Translations under genes and position numbers: made by a program
Shown here: one piece after another, positions 30,625 through 40,729 of the stretch
Position numbering within the stretch: the stretch's first letter is position 1
Layout: every line of letters begins with the position of its first letter
Sequence record: OR228459.1
Strand: one strand, 5' to 3'
Length of the DNA: 64,000 nucleotides
Notes under the pieces: model-generated
What the model was told of the DNA's origin: nothing
The model's database searches: none
Seen by the model: the letters and a program-made list of their open reading frames with translations, nothing else

Positions 30625-33600
30625 TCATTTAAGTAATGATGATAGTAATGTACCAGACACCTGTAACGATGAACTGAAAGTACTTAAAGGTATAACAGGA
30701 TAGTTATTTGCATACATATACAATTTATCCTCTTTTCCTAAGTTTATCCCAACATCAGTGATTGGTGTAGGATAATAGATTTCAGCACTTCCCTTGTATC
30801 CTCTTACTGCATTGCCATTTCGACGAATAAGTAGTAATTCTGAATTCAATGAAACAATATCACCCTCAGAACTAGAAACCCCATTCACAACGTTTCCAGT
30901 AATTGATGCTTGACCAACTGCTTTAGGTTGTGAAACGTAAGTAATATTCTCGATACTATCGTTAACAATTACCGTACAACGACTATTGGTTTGAATGAAT
31001 ACATTATCAACTAATGGTAAACCATAAGTCCAATGCCCTTCATCTTCATCCCCAACAGATGGAACAAATACAGGTTTAATTGTAGATGTGTTGTACTCGT
31101 ATACATAAATCTGTAATGAATCTTCTAGCTTAGAGCGAACAAGTTCGCTTAACACACCTTCACCGTAGATTGGTTGATAGTATCCGTGGTCGATTTCTAC
31201 ACCATTTTCCTCAAACACTTCGTTGGAGATATACCACACATCATAGTCGTCTACGTCATATCCATCATTATATGAGCCACCATCCAACATAACATCGTAG
31301 AACACGTCATAATCCATCGCATCGACCGCATAGGAGCGATCTGCTGAGTACTTGACATATTTGCTTGTCTTGAATTCGGCGTCGTTAAACGAGGTTACAC
31401 GCACGATATTGATGCTAGTATACGGAGCACCACGTAACCAATCAGTACTTGAGTGAGTATATGTATTACTGAAAACTAGTCCAGCTACAGTTACTACATC
31501 ACCATTTACCGCACTAACCGTGAACACACGTGGTCTGTTACCAGTACGAATGTTTGAAGCTGTTAGAATAGTTACGAACGAACCATCTACAGCGTTAGCT
31601 GCGTAATCTTCACCGTCTGGGGTGAACACGGCTACACTATCACCAACTTTCAAACCATGATTACTGTCTAGACGAACACGACCATTTACGTTAATTACAT
31701 CGTACACATGGCTTGAGTACTTAACTTCGTTATGGTATATTTGTGTTCTGTCCATTAATGCAATTGCCTCATCATAACGTGGAATACTGACTAGAGCTTC
31801 CGCTTTATTATAAGGGTTTAGGGTTATATAACCTTCAACTTGGAAGTTGCCTTGATTTTTCAATTGAGGCATATTTTCTTCGTCGTAGGAATATCCATCA
31901 ACTGTGAATCTAATTTGAGACATATCTTGTTTATTAGGGTTTAAATCCGAAATATCAATAAAATATGAGTCTTGTGTTGGATCAACAGTATCTTTTGCAT
32001 TTAGTTCAATACGTTTGGTTTGAGATTCAAATGCTAAGTTATCAAATGCATTCATATCATCGTAGTATGATTTGTCATTTGATGAAGTCATTAGTTTCTG
32101 ATAATCAGAATATAATGGATTGTTTTCATCATTTGGTAAATCATCTAGATTTATTTCAGCAACGTAAACGTTATTCTGTCTTACAATGAATTCTTCTTCC
32201 ATAAAGTCATCTAGACTTTGGTCGAATGGAACATCGAAATATTGACCAGCATCATTACGAACTTGAACTAGTTTACGTGGAGCCATTACCATACAATAAG
32301 CATCAATATCACGATTATCTAAAATTGCTTTTGCGAATTCGTAATGGTCAGCACTATCTGGGTCATATGAATTTCTCATAGCCGTTAGTACATAAAGTGC
32401 ATCACGATAGAATGAATCTTCCTGATTACCATCTTCATCTGGTGAAGTTAGTTCGTTCCAACAATATAAACCATATTCATATTGTAGATAGAAGTAGATT
32501 TCATCATGAGTGTAATTAGGGTGTTCATCTTTAACCAAATCCACAATTGTTTCAAATAGATCACGAGAATGCATTATATAACCAAAGTTTTCTCCATTAC
32601 TTCCAGCAAAGCCGAATGGTAATCTAGTGTTTGGGTTATCATCAATTGCAACACCTTTGAACGGGCAATCAACTTGTTCTTCAATAGAATCAACATCTAG
32701 ATTAGTATAAAGTTTCAAACGATTAGAAAGAGTATTATACATTCTGTACTGTTGCATTGTAGTTGTAGATTCGTCGTTTGCTAACACATTCGTAGTTATT
32801 TCAAGAAGATCTTTGGTAAATTGTTCAGTTGCAGGAACATCATCATTTAATTTCATATACATCATACCGACACCAGTTTCAAAACCTAGACCAATATCAA
32901 ATGAAGGATATTTCTTCATTAATTCTGTACCAATTTTGATTTGGATTAATGCAATGTCAGCTTCTGGTTGTGTATATACATAACGCTGTAGTTTATAATG
33001 ACTTCCTTTAGTTAAAAAGTCTTGCTCATTACTTTGGTAACTGTTATTAACATTTTCCAAAACATTTACGTTAGGCATATTTTCATCAGGAACACATTGA
33101 ACATTATCGTAATGCATCATGATATCAATTTCTTGGAATCTTCTATTCGGTAATTCAAAATCACTTGGAAGAGAACCCTTCACTTCCCACTTGTTAGTAG
33201 TAGTATTATATTGTGCATATTCATAATCCCAAATATCTGCTTGTGATTTAACCCACTGTCCATCACGATAAATGTATCCGTTAGGATCTAAATCGTTTAG
33301 TAATCCGTTGATTTCATCAGAATCAGATGTTTTCTGTTCAATTTGGGAGCGAATCTTAGTTCTATAAGGTTTTACTTCTTCAAAGTACGTAACAATCTGA
33401 CTAATCAAATCTTCACTATTTGAATAGTTCTGTTTAAGAGACTGATCCAAACCAACAATATAGATGTAAGATGTTTTGAATACCCAATCAACAACCGTCT
33501 GTTCAACATGTACATATTTCACCATATCGAATACGATTTGACTTTGATATCCATCAAATGAATTCTTTAGTAGAGCAAGTGCTTTACGAACGTTTATTTC

Positions 33601-36600
33601 AACGTTACTTAGAGAACCATCTTCTTTATATTGAGTGTAGTTGTTGTACAATTGGTTGTTTAACTCTACCGTACTATTCTGGCGACCAATGGCAGTCCAG
33701 ATTAATAGATTACGTGAGCTATCTCTACGATATAGAGTCCACACACCATCAGCATCAGTTACGCGAATAATATCACCAACTTGATAGTTCTTAGAATTCG
33801 CAACTTCTAGAGATGCTTCAGCAGTATATTCAGTATCTTCGTTATATCCAACATCATACCAATCAGCTAATTTCCAATATTGAGTCATATCCAAGGAAGT
33901 TCCTAATGATTCAATATAGTCGGATTGTCTGATCATACTTTGCTGACCTTCACCTTTGTTTTCTAGCGTAATTGTTACCGCAGTACCAGATGTACTTGGG
34001 TTATTCATTAGACGAATATAACCATTTTCGTCATAGTGTACAAAATACACGTTAGTACTAGTCAATGGAGCGGGTAGTGTTCCGTTTGAACTTACTAATA
34101 CAGCATCATTCTCAAGGAATTTGTCTTCATTAGTTGCAATTACCAATTCATTGTTAAAGGTTAGTACTTTAAAGCCAACTTCATTTGGATTTACTTCGGT
34201 TGTTTTGACATTAAACACATCATTCATTACAACTGTGTTAGTTGTGATGTTTAAGTGACGATATACATCATTAGCTGCGTCAACAAATGTTCTACGAGCT
34301 TCAATAATATCTTTAAACCACACTTTGGATGACCCTAGACCCAATTCCGATTCAGGATAATGCAACTCTTGAACTTTACCATTACTTAATGGTTCTTGAC
34401 CAATTAGTGAGTTCCATAGGGAATTCCAAATTGATGGGTTAAAGTTATAATTATCACCTTCTTTACAAAGTTGATACTGTTCATGCTTAATTACATCGTC
34501 ATGATCTTCTTTATAGGTAATTGTTAGAATACTCTTATCATCTGTTACTTCATATTGCATGTCAGACATGATAAATGAGGTTTCAGAAATTGGGGAATAC
34601 CAAGGAATACTTAAAGTCAATGGATTCTTGATAATACGAGAAATTTCTTGACAAGATTTATCACGATTTTTAACTTGTGGAACATAGATACTGTTTTTAA
34701 CCCAGAAATAGTACTTATTCATATAAGACTGAGTAGCAGTGTCATATTCAACAAATTGACAGTAGTTTTCTTCTATCGCTTCACCACTTGGAACATAAGA
34801 GTTTTCAGTTTTGTTCAATTTAGATTGCTCATCGCAATATCTTTCCCAATCGAAAGGTTCAACTGGTGAACAAACCCATTCATAAATGTTAATTTCAGAA
34901 TGTGGTAGTAATTTACCCCAATTCACACGTTTGTACTCAAGAGTAGCAGTATTATCAACATTACCGTTATTATCATAGATAGGACGGGTATAGTCTAAGA
35001 AATATGCCTCTCTAGTATCCCACCAAACAGTACCCACTTTATCACTAGCCCATGCCATTTCCTCTTCACCATTGCTATTATACAATGCTGGGTCATGAGA
35101 ACCAATGAAACTTACGTTTGTCATCGCTGGCCCCGGTAGAACACCGTTGATTGGGTCATAAATGTTGATGTACAATTCAGTAATGTTAGTTTGTGAATTA
35201 TAAGTCGTTGCTTTATCGAATAACTTAGTTTCTGGTGCATTATAACTATATTTTTTGTTAATATAATCATTCTTAGCAGAAGTATTTGCAAAACGTGACA
35301 CATAACGATATAATACAGGCTGTGGAGCAGAGAATGTCATGTCAATCGAAATATCAACTGGTACAATTAATTCATTAGCTGCTGTTCCAGCATTGAAGTA
35401 CTGCATTTCTGATGCTAATAGGTCAGGCATGAAGTTCGTTTCATCTACGAAGTAGAAGTAATCACCATCTTTCATTCCATGTGCTGCACTAAGAATTAAT
35501 TTACAATGAGTTGTTGGTAAACCATTCTCACTTTCAATTGCTTCAATAGCAACTAGTTTAACACCAGTAGATACTAGGTTAAAAATATTCCAAGTATCGG
35601 TCATGTCGTGGAACATCCAAACGGAGTTCGGTACTTCCCCGGTTTTAGCCATATAAGCTAAACGGTCAGCGTATGCCGTTTCGTAATCACGAGTTACGTA
35701 ATCAATTTCATCCAATGTTACTGGCCCAATATCAGGTAGATTGATATTTTCACTTCTTCCACTACGAGTAGGGAAGGAAATAATACCTTTTGGACGAGTA
35801 ATCCAACGAGAATCATCACCATGTTTACCAAAGTACACAATGTTGTTATCGCCAATATTTTCAGGAGCATTTACATCGAAAGTTACTAGTTGTGGTTGTT
35901 GTTTAAATTCATTGTTTATTAATTGGAATTGTAATGCTTTAGTTCCGTAGATATTACCATAAACACCAATTTTAAACGCCCATTCCTGTAATGCTTTATA
36001 CTCATCGGTATTATAAGACTTAGATACACGTAGTACACGTTCTAGTACTTGGTTGGAACCTTTATCACGAATATATCCTTTATAGAAGTTCACACGTGCT
36101 GGTTCGCTTGTAATCATCTGTAATAGATATTCACGAGATTGATAACCAATTAAGTGACGACCTAAATCACGAAGATTAACGTTTGAAACAGGATCATCCA
36201 AATCATAGTAACGATGGAAATCAGTTACTAGAGTTTCGAAATCTGGTAATGTTCCAGCTTCTAGAACAATAAAGCCCGGTGCTTCCAAACGACCATTCCA
36301 GTTTCCAGTTACATAACCATACATACGAATTAGTTCTTGAACTGAACCGTATACTGGAATATAAATTGAATCACCAAAAATGGTTACATCATCAAACACT
36401 ACCGCATGTTCATACGATACTAGGCTCAAACGAATTAGGGCCATGCGTTTATCAATATCATCACTAACACGAACGGTGAACACACTACCTAAACGAGTTG
36501 TTTCAATTTCATATGGACGAATACCGCTATTCTCATCATCTAGTAGTGACCAAACACCACCATTAAATTGCGTTACTGATTGTACTGAACCAAATTCAGA

Positions 36601-39600
36601 ACCAAATTTAGCACTTGCCGTACTTGGTGATACTGAGATATATTCACCACGTGATAGTGCTTCTTGGCTCCAAGCAAGGAAATCTTTACCGATTTGTTCC
36701 CAATCTTGAATAACACCATCTTCATTTTGGTCTTCAAAAATCCAACCTTTAGATTCTAGGTATTGTCCATAAGAGCATAAGAAAGTATATACTTCTTGGA
36801 ACGAATTGAATACTGTTCCGTATTCATATTCTTTAGTTTCTTTTAAGTACTCAACATATGTTACTACACTGCGATTACCAACTTGAGTTGTAACTTTCTT
36901 GCCATTTTTATTTGGCATCTGAACTGTGAATTTAGCACCAACTAAATCATATCCATCAATCTGATATGCAGAGCCATTCCAAGTGATTTTCACAGCACTT
37001 AAAACTTCGTTGCGAATAGCAGAACTTCTTACTAAACCAATGTGCTGACTTTCAGTACTGATTAGACCGAAAGATTCAGAATAGAAGCTAAGTTGATCTT
37101 GCTTAGTGAATCCACCAAGTTTATGACCAATATTAATATAAGAAGAACGTAATACATCACCATATTTGGTAGTAACGTTTTTATTCTGATATAGTAAGTT
37201 ATCAGTGATTGCCATTTGATAACCAAGTACACGGTTATTATTTTCACCATTCACTAGAGTTTGTGAATTGAAGTTTAAACGCTTGTTAGTATCACCATAT
37301 AGGAACTGGTAATCATCAGACACTACTTTCTTGAGAGTACTTCCGCGAGTATCGTAGAAATAGTTCGCAAACTGTGCTGGTTTAGCACGATATAGCAATA
37401 GAGCTTGGTCATAAGGGAACATGCCAGTGTTCATGTAAGTGAATTCCATGTCACCCATGTCACCATAAGCCCAAGGTTCTGAACGATGGTTTAAAGCACC
37501 ACTTACTAGCCCTAGAACTTCAGGGGCAATTAATTCAAAATCGTAAATTGTTTCACCTGATGATGTTTGACCATTTGGTGTTAGTTTAAATGGTTGTTTA
37601 CCACAACGTTTGTATTTGTCATACTGACCAGCACGAGAACCGAATAGAATCGTACCAGTACTTGCATCACCTTTAATACTACCAACATCCCATAGTCCAC
37701 TAGGAACTAGGTCACCATTCTCATCAACTACTTCAGCAGTGTATACAGTTACAAAATCAGTTGCACCATCACCAATACGAACGATAGTCGGTTCGTATTC
37801 TTGGTTCCACCAAGCAGGACGTTGAGCAAAGCCAAACATTTCCCACGGATGAGTTGCAGGACGGTAAGTACCGTACATGTCAGTGTAAATTCCACGCCAT
37901 GAACCACGAGCAGGATAATCAGTTACTTTCCCATCAACAACATAAGTAGTTCCGGTGTAGTTCCAAGTCATCCAATTACTTTGGTCATAGTTGTTAGTAC
38001 TGTTACTAATACCATTAGTTGCGATGAAGTTAATGTAACCACGTAGTAATAGAGTATTATATTCAGAAGAATCATAATCAGTATTAGGGTTAAATGGAGT
38101 AGGGAATAGATCACTAGAATCCATTGGTGGTTCATAATCAACAACTTTAAATGAGTTATCAATACTATTAAAAATACGGTTTTCTAATTCATAAATTACA
38201 TCATCCATCTTATCGATGCCGTTAATAACTTTGTATGCTTTAGAAATAATACCAGTGTGGCTTACGTTGTAGCAGCCCAATTCTTTACCAGCATAAAGGT
38301 ACGTTGCTTTTTGCGGTGTATATGCTTTTAGAATCCCCATAAATTGTGGTGTAGGTGGAATAAAAGTACGATTAGTACCGACGCTACTACCTACAGCATC
38401 TAAGAAGAATGGGAATGTATTATTTTTACCAACATTGATAGTACTGAAAATAGCATCAACAATATTAGAAGCACTATTCGCAAGGAAAGATGCTTTATCA
38501 TCATTGTACATATTAACCATTTGAGTATTGAATTTATTCAAGAAGCGGAAATATTCTGATTGTAAGAACATAAATGCTTCGAATAGGTCAATATCTTCAT
38601 TAGCAGTGTTTAGCATTAATGGTAGCATTGATGCTTCGTTCTGAATGATTTGAGTACCAACAGAGTTGTCAACTAGGCCAGCTTCTAGACGTTCTTCATA
38701 GTTGTTGAAATCATCTACTGCACCTTTTGTAATATTTTTACGTACAATTTCTCGGAAATGTGGAGTATAATCACCTTGGTGAATATACTTGATATTTTCA
38801 TTGTACGGGTTGTTTTTTAGGTTTATTGGAATCTCATAAGCACCGAGATTAAAATCAGGAGTTACTTCTTTACTATATGTACGAATACAAATAACAGTAT
38901 CTTCATCGATATCTACTTCATTATCGATTGTTACATAATCAATCATACCATCAGTGTTTAGCTGGACAGTATAGTTTTCAGTTTTTACACCGTTGATATC
39001 AATTTCAATAGTTTCATTTGGGTTATTTGGGTTAATTTTTTGTGCTACTTCATATTTGTGATTATACACATCATAAGAAGCTGCTTGTTCATTAGTACGG
39101 TGCCAATCCATGAAAGTACTGTTTTCGGCTTTGTAATAACGATAGGTTGCATCAACGCTACGAACATATGCAAACATATTTGCTAGTGGTGATTCAAAGT
39201 TTTCCATTTCGTCAACAGTGTCGAATACACGATACATTGCTGTTTTTGTTACTTCTGGAACTTGAAATACATATTGTTTGGAATTCTCTTTAGAACGAAC
39301 CCAATCCGTTTTTAGAGTGCCAACCATTTCACCATCAACTTCATTGATAACGTTATAGTAATACAAACCTTGAATTTCAGTTGTTACACCTAGTTTATCA
39401 AACTCATAGCGAATACTTTGTAGGAAGTTTTCAAATACATAATAGTTGTATGAGCTTAGTTCTACATTAGTGTCGTAAATGCTACTGTAGTTGTAATCAA
39501 AGTTAACTTTTAAACCAAATAATGAAGAACCATTGAAGTTAGAGCTTGGGTAAATTTGACCATCACTTAATTTAACACCATTACGATCATATAATTGAAA

Positions 39601-40653
39601 TAGTGGGAATGTATTTGTACTTGGCTTGGCTTGTGCACGAATCCATGCAGAACCGTTCCAGTACATTGCAGTATTTGCATATACATTACCGGATTTAATT
39701 AGTATCACGTCACCAATATGTGGTTCACCACTTGGGCGTTCGGAGGTTTCTTCATCTTCATCTAATGCTAGACCATAAACACGTGATCCATCTTCCATAG
39801 ATTTGATGTATACTTTATAGATACGATTGTTTTCGCCGGGGTTACCAATACTAGTGAATAGTACACGGTCACCAGCTTTTAGTACATATCCATCAATACG
39901 GATGTTATCAGCTTGGCTTTTGTTAACAATATCTTCTGGCTTTACGGAATCCGAGAGATAGTTAACCACACCACGGAACTTAGTTCCATAATCTAGTAGT
40001 TCAATATTTTTGTTATATTCAATAATTGGTGCTTGTGCACGAGCGAAACGAGTACTTTGAGCCAATTCATCAGTTAAAATTGTTCCATCAGCAAGAGTTT
40101 GACCTACAGTGTACCAAAAGTTTTGCAATGACCAAGTATTGCCATTTAAGGCACCTCTTTCCATTACAACATAATCTGGAGAAATACCATATTCGTTTTG
40201 GGTGTCCCAAAGATATGTACTAAAGTTAATTAATTTATTTGGGTTAATAGGTGGTGTCCAAGAATAAAATTTACCGTTGAATAGACGGTCTTGGTTTTCC
40301 GTTAGACAGCCGTAATGCTCTAGATAACCAACTAGATCTTCATAAAATTGTAGACTGCGAATGCTTTGATCTTCATTGCGAGATACATACGCAGGACTTA
40401 ATTGATACGCCTGTCTTTGTTCTGTTAATTCTTTAATGAAAATCTTACCGGAAGCCGCAGGGGAGCTACTATCACCGATATAGCCGTCTACGATTTCTTG
40501 TTCAGCAGGATTAAACCACTGTTGAATAATATCATCACAAAAAGTTTGGATCTGCTCTAAGCCTTGCATCCATTCTGGAAGTCTTTTTATGAATAATTTT
40601 TTATTAACAGCTTCAGCTACTTCTGTGGGCTGGAATTTAAATTCATTAGCCAT
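30625..40653 (-). CDS. Giant (3342 aa) virion structural protein, probably baseplate wedge (gp7-position)
   Basis: Single uninterrupted 10-kb ORF directly downstream of the gp6-like gene; TATAAATA upstream. Function inferred from synteny only. Confidence 0.7.
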   Translation of the reverse strand: MANEFKFQPTEVAEAVNKKLFIKRLPEWMQGLEQIQTFCDDIIQQWFNPAEQEIVDGYIGDSSSPAASGKIFIKELTEQRQAYQLSPAYVSRNEDQSIRSLQFYEDLVGYLEHYGCLTENQDRLFNGKFYSWTPPINPNKLINFSTYLWDTQNEYGISPDYVVMERGALNGNTWSLQNFWYTVGQTLADGTILTDELAQSTRFARAQAPIIEYNKNIELLDYGTKFRGVVNYLSDSVKPEDIVNKSQADNIRIDGYVLKAGDRVLFTSIGNPGENNRIYKVYIKSMEDGSRVYGLALDEDEETSERPSGEPHIGDVILIKSGNVYANTAMYWNGSAWIRAQAKPSTNTFPLFQLYDRNGVKLSDGQIYPSSNFNGSSLFGLKVNFDYNYSSIYDTNVELSSYNYYVFENFLQSIRYEFDKLGVTTEIQGLYYYNVINEVDGEMVGTLKTDWVRSKENSKQYVFQVPEVTKTAMYRVFDTVDEMENFESPLANMFAYVRSVDATYRYYKAENSTFMDWHRTNEQAASYDVYNHKYEVAQKINPNNPNETIEIDINGVKTENYTVQLNTDGMIDYVTIDNEVDIDEDTVICIRTYSKEVTPDFNLGAYEIPINLKNNPYNENIKYIHQGDYTPHFREIVRKNITKGAVDDFNNYEERLEAGLVDNSVGTQIIQNEASMLPLMLNTANEDIDLFEAFMFLQSEYFRFLNKFNTQMVNMYNDDKASFLANSASNIVDAIFSTINVGKNNTFPFFLDAVGSSVGTNRTFIPPTPQFMGILKAYTPQKATYLYAGKELGCYNVSHTGIISKAYKVINGIDKMDDVIYELENRIFNSIDNSFKVVDYEPPMDSSDLFPTPFNPNTDYDSSEYNTLLLRGYINFIATNGISNSTNNYDQSNWMTWNYTGTTYVVDGKVTDYPARGSWRGIYTDMYGTYRPATHPWEMFGFAQRPAWWNQEYEPTIVRIGDGATDFVTVYTAEVVDENGDLVPSGLWDVGSIKGDASTGTILFGSRAGQYDKYKRCGKQPFKLTPNGQTSSGETIYDFELIAPEVLGLVSGALNHRSEPWAYGDMGDMEFTYMNTGMFPYDQALLLYRAKPAQFANYFYDTRGSTLKKVVSDDYQFLYGDTNKRLNFNSQTLVNGENNNRVLGYQMAITDNLLYQNKNVTTKYGDVLRSSYINIGHKLGGFTKQDQLSFYSESFGLISTESQHIGLVRSSAIRNEVLSAVKITWNGSAYQIDGYDLVGAKFTVQMPNKNGKKVTTQVGNRSVVTYVEYLKETKEYEYGTVFNSFQEVYTFLCSYGQYLESKGWIFEDQNEDGVIQDWEQIGKDFLAWSQEALSRGEYISVSPSTASAKFGSEFGSVQSVTQFNGGVWSLLDDENSGIRPYEIETTRLGSVFTVRVSDDIDKRMALIRLSLVSYEHAVVFDDVTIFGDSIYIPVYGSVQELIRMYGYVTGNWNGRLEAPGFIVLEAGTLPDFETLVTDFHRYYDLDDPVSNVNLRDLGRHLIGYQSREYLLQMITSEPARVNFYKGYIRDKGSNQVLERVLRVSKSYNTDEYKALQEWAFKIGVYGNIYGTKALQFQLINNEFKQQPQLVTFDVNAPENIGDNNIVYFGKHGDDSRWITRPKGIISFPTRSGRSENINLPDIGPVTLDEIDYVTRDYETAYADRLAYMAKTGEVPNSVWMFHDMTDTWNIFNLVSTGVKLVAIEAIESENGLPTTHCKLILSAAHGMKDGDYFYFVDETNFMPDLLASEMQYFNAGTAANELIVPVDISIDMTFSAPQPVLYRYVSRFANTSAKNDYINKKYSYNAPETKLFDKATTYNSQTNITELYINIYDPINGVLPGPAMTNVSFIGSHDPALYNSNGEEEMAWASDKVGTVWWDTREAYFLDYTRPIYDNNGNVDNTATLEYKRVNWGKLLPHSEINIYEWVCSPVEPFDWERYCDEQSKLNKTENSYVPSGEAIEENYCQFVEYDTATQSYMNKYYFWVKNSIYVPQVKNRDKSCQEISRIIKNPLTLSIPWYSPISETSFIMSDMQYEVTDDKSILTITYKEDHDDVIKHEQYQLCKEGDNYNFNPSIWNSLWNSLIGQEPLSNGKVQELHYPESELGLGSSKVWFKDIIEARRTFVDAANDVYRHLNITTNTVVMNDVFNVKTTEVNPNEVGFKVLTFNNELVIATNEDKFLENDAVLVSSNGTLPAPLTSTNVYFVHYDENGYIRLMNNPSTSGTAVTITLENKGEGQQSMIRQSDYIESLGTSLDMTQYWKLADWYDVGYNEDTEYTAEASLEVANSKNYQVGDIIRVTDADGVWTLYRRDSSRNLLIWTAIGRQNSTVELNNQLYNNYTQYKEDGSLSNVEINVRKALALLKNSFDGYQSQIVFDMVKYVHVEQTVVDWVFKTSYIYIVGLDQSLKQNYSNSEDLISQIVTYFEEVKPYRTKIRSQIEQKTSDSDEINGLLNDLDPNGYIYRDGQWVKSQADIWDYEYAQYNTTTNKWEVKGSLPSDFELPNRRFQEIDIMMHYDNVQCVPDENMPNVNVLENVNNSYQSNEQDFLTKGSHYKLQRYVYTQPEADIALIQIKIGTELMKKYPSFDIGLGFETGVGMMYMKLNDDVPATEQFTKDLLEITTNVLANDESTTTMQQYRMYNTLSNRLKLYTNLDVDSIEEQVDCPFKGVAIDDNPNTRLPFGFAGSNGENFGYIMHSRDLFETIVDLVKDEHPNYTHDEIYFYLQYEYGLYCWNELTSPDEDGNQEDSFYRDALYVLTAMRNSYDPDSADHYEFAKAILDNRDIDAYCMVMAPRKLVQVRNDAGQYFDVPFDQSLDDFMEEEFIVRQNNVYVAEINLDDLPNDENNPLYSDYQKLMTSSNDKSYYDDMNAFDNLAFESQTKRIELNAKDTVDPTQDSYFIDISDLNPNKQDMSQIRFTVDGYSYDEENMPQLKNQGNFQVEGYITLNPYNKAEALVSIPRYDEAIALMDRTQIYHNEVKYSSHVYDVINVNGRVRLDSNHGLKVGDSVAVFTPDGEDYAANAVDGSFVTILTASNIRTGNRPRVFTVSAVNGDVVTVAGLVFSNTYTHSSTDWLRGAPYTSINIVRVTSFNDAEFKTSKYVKYSADRSYAVDAMDYDVFYDVMLDGGSYNDGYDVDDYDVWYISNEVFEENGVEIDHGYYQPIYGEGVLSELVRSKLEDSLQIYVYEYNTSTIKPVFVPSVGDEDEGHWTYGLPLVDNVFIQTNSRCTVIVNDSIENITYVSQPKAVGQASITGNVVNGVSSSEGDIVSLNSELLLIRRNGNAVRGYKGSAEIYYPTPITDVGINLGKEDKLYMYANNYPVIPLSTFSSSLQVSGTLLSSLLK

Positions 40654-40688
40654 TTATATCTCCGTAAAATTCATTTCATCATTTGGTT

Positions 40689-40696
40689 TATTTATA
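40689..40696 (-). promoter_or_regulatory. Late promoter TATAAATA
   Basis: Full T4 late consensus upstream of the 3342-aa gene. Confidence 0.75.
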
Positions 40697-40699
40697 AAA

Positions 40700-40722
40700 A
40701 AATAAAGGCATCCGAAGATGCC
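40700..40722 (-). terminator. Intrinsic terminator with cUUCGg loop
   Basis: Minus strand GGCATC-TTCG-GATGCC-TTTATTTTT. Confidence 0.85.
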
Positions 40723-40729
40723 CTTAAAA

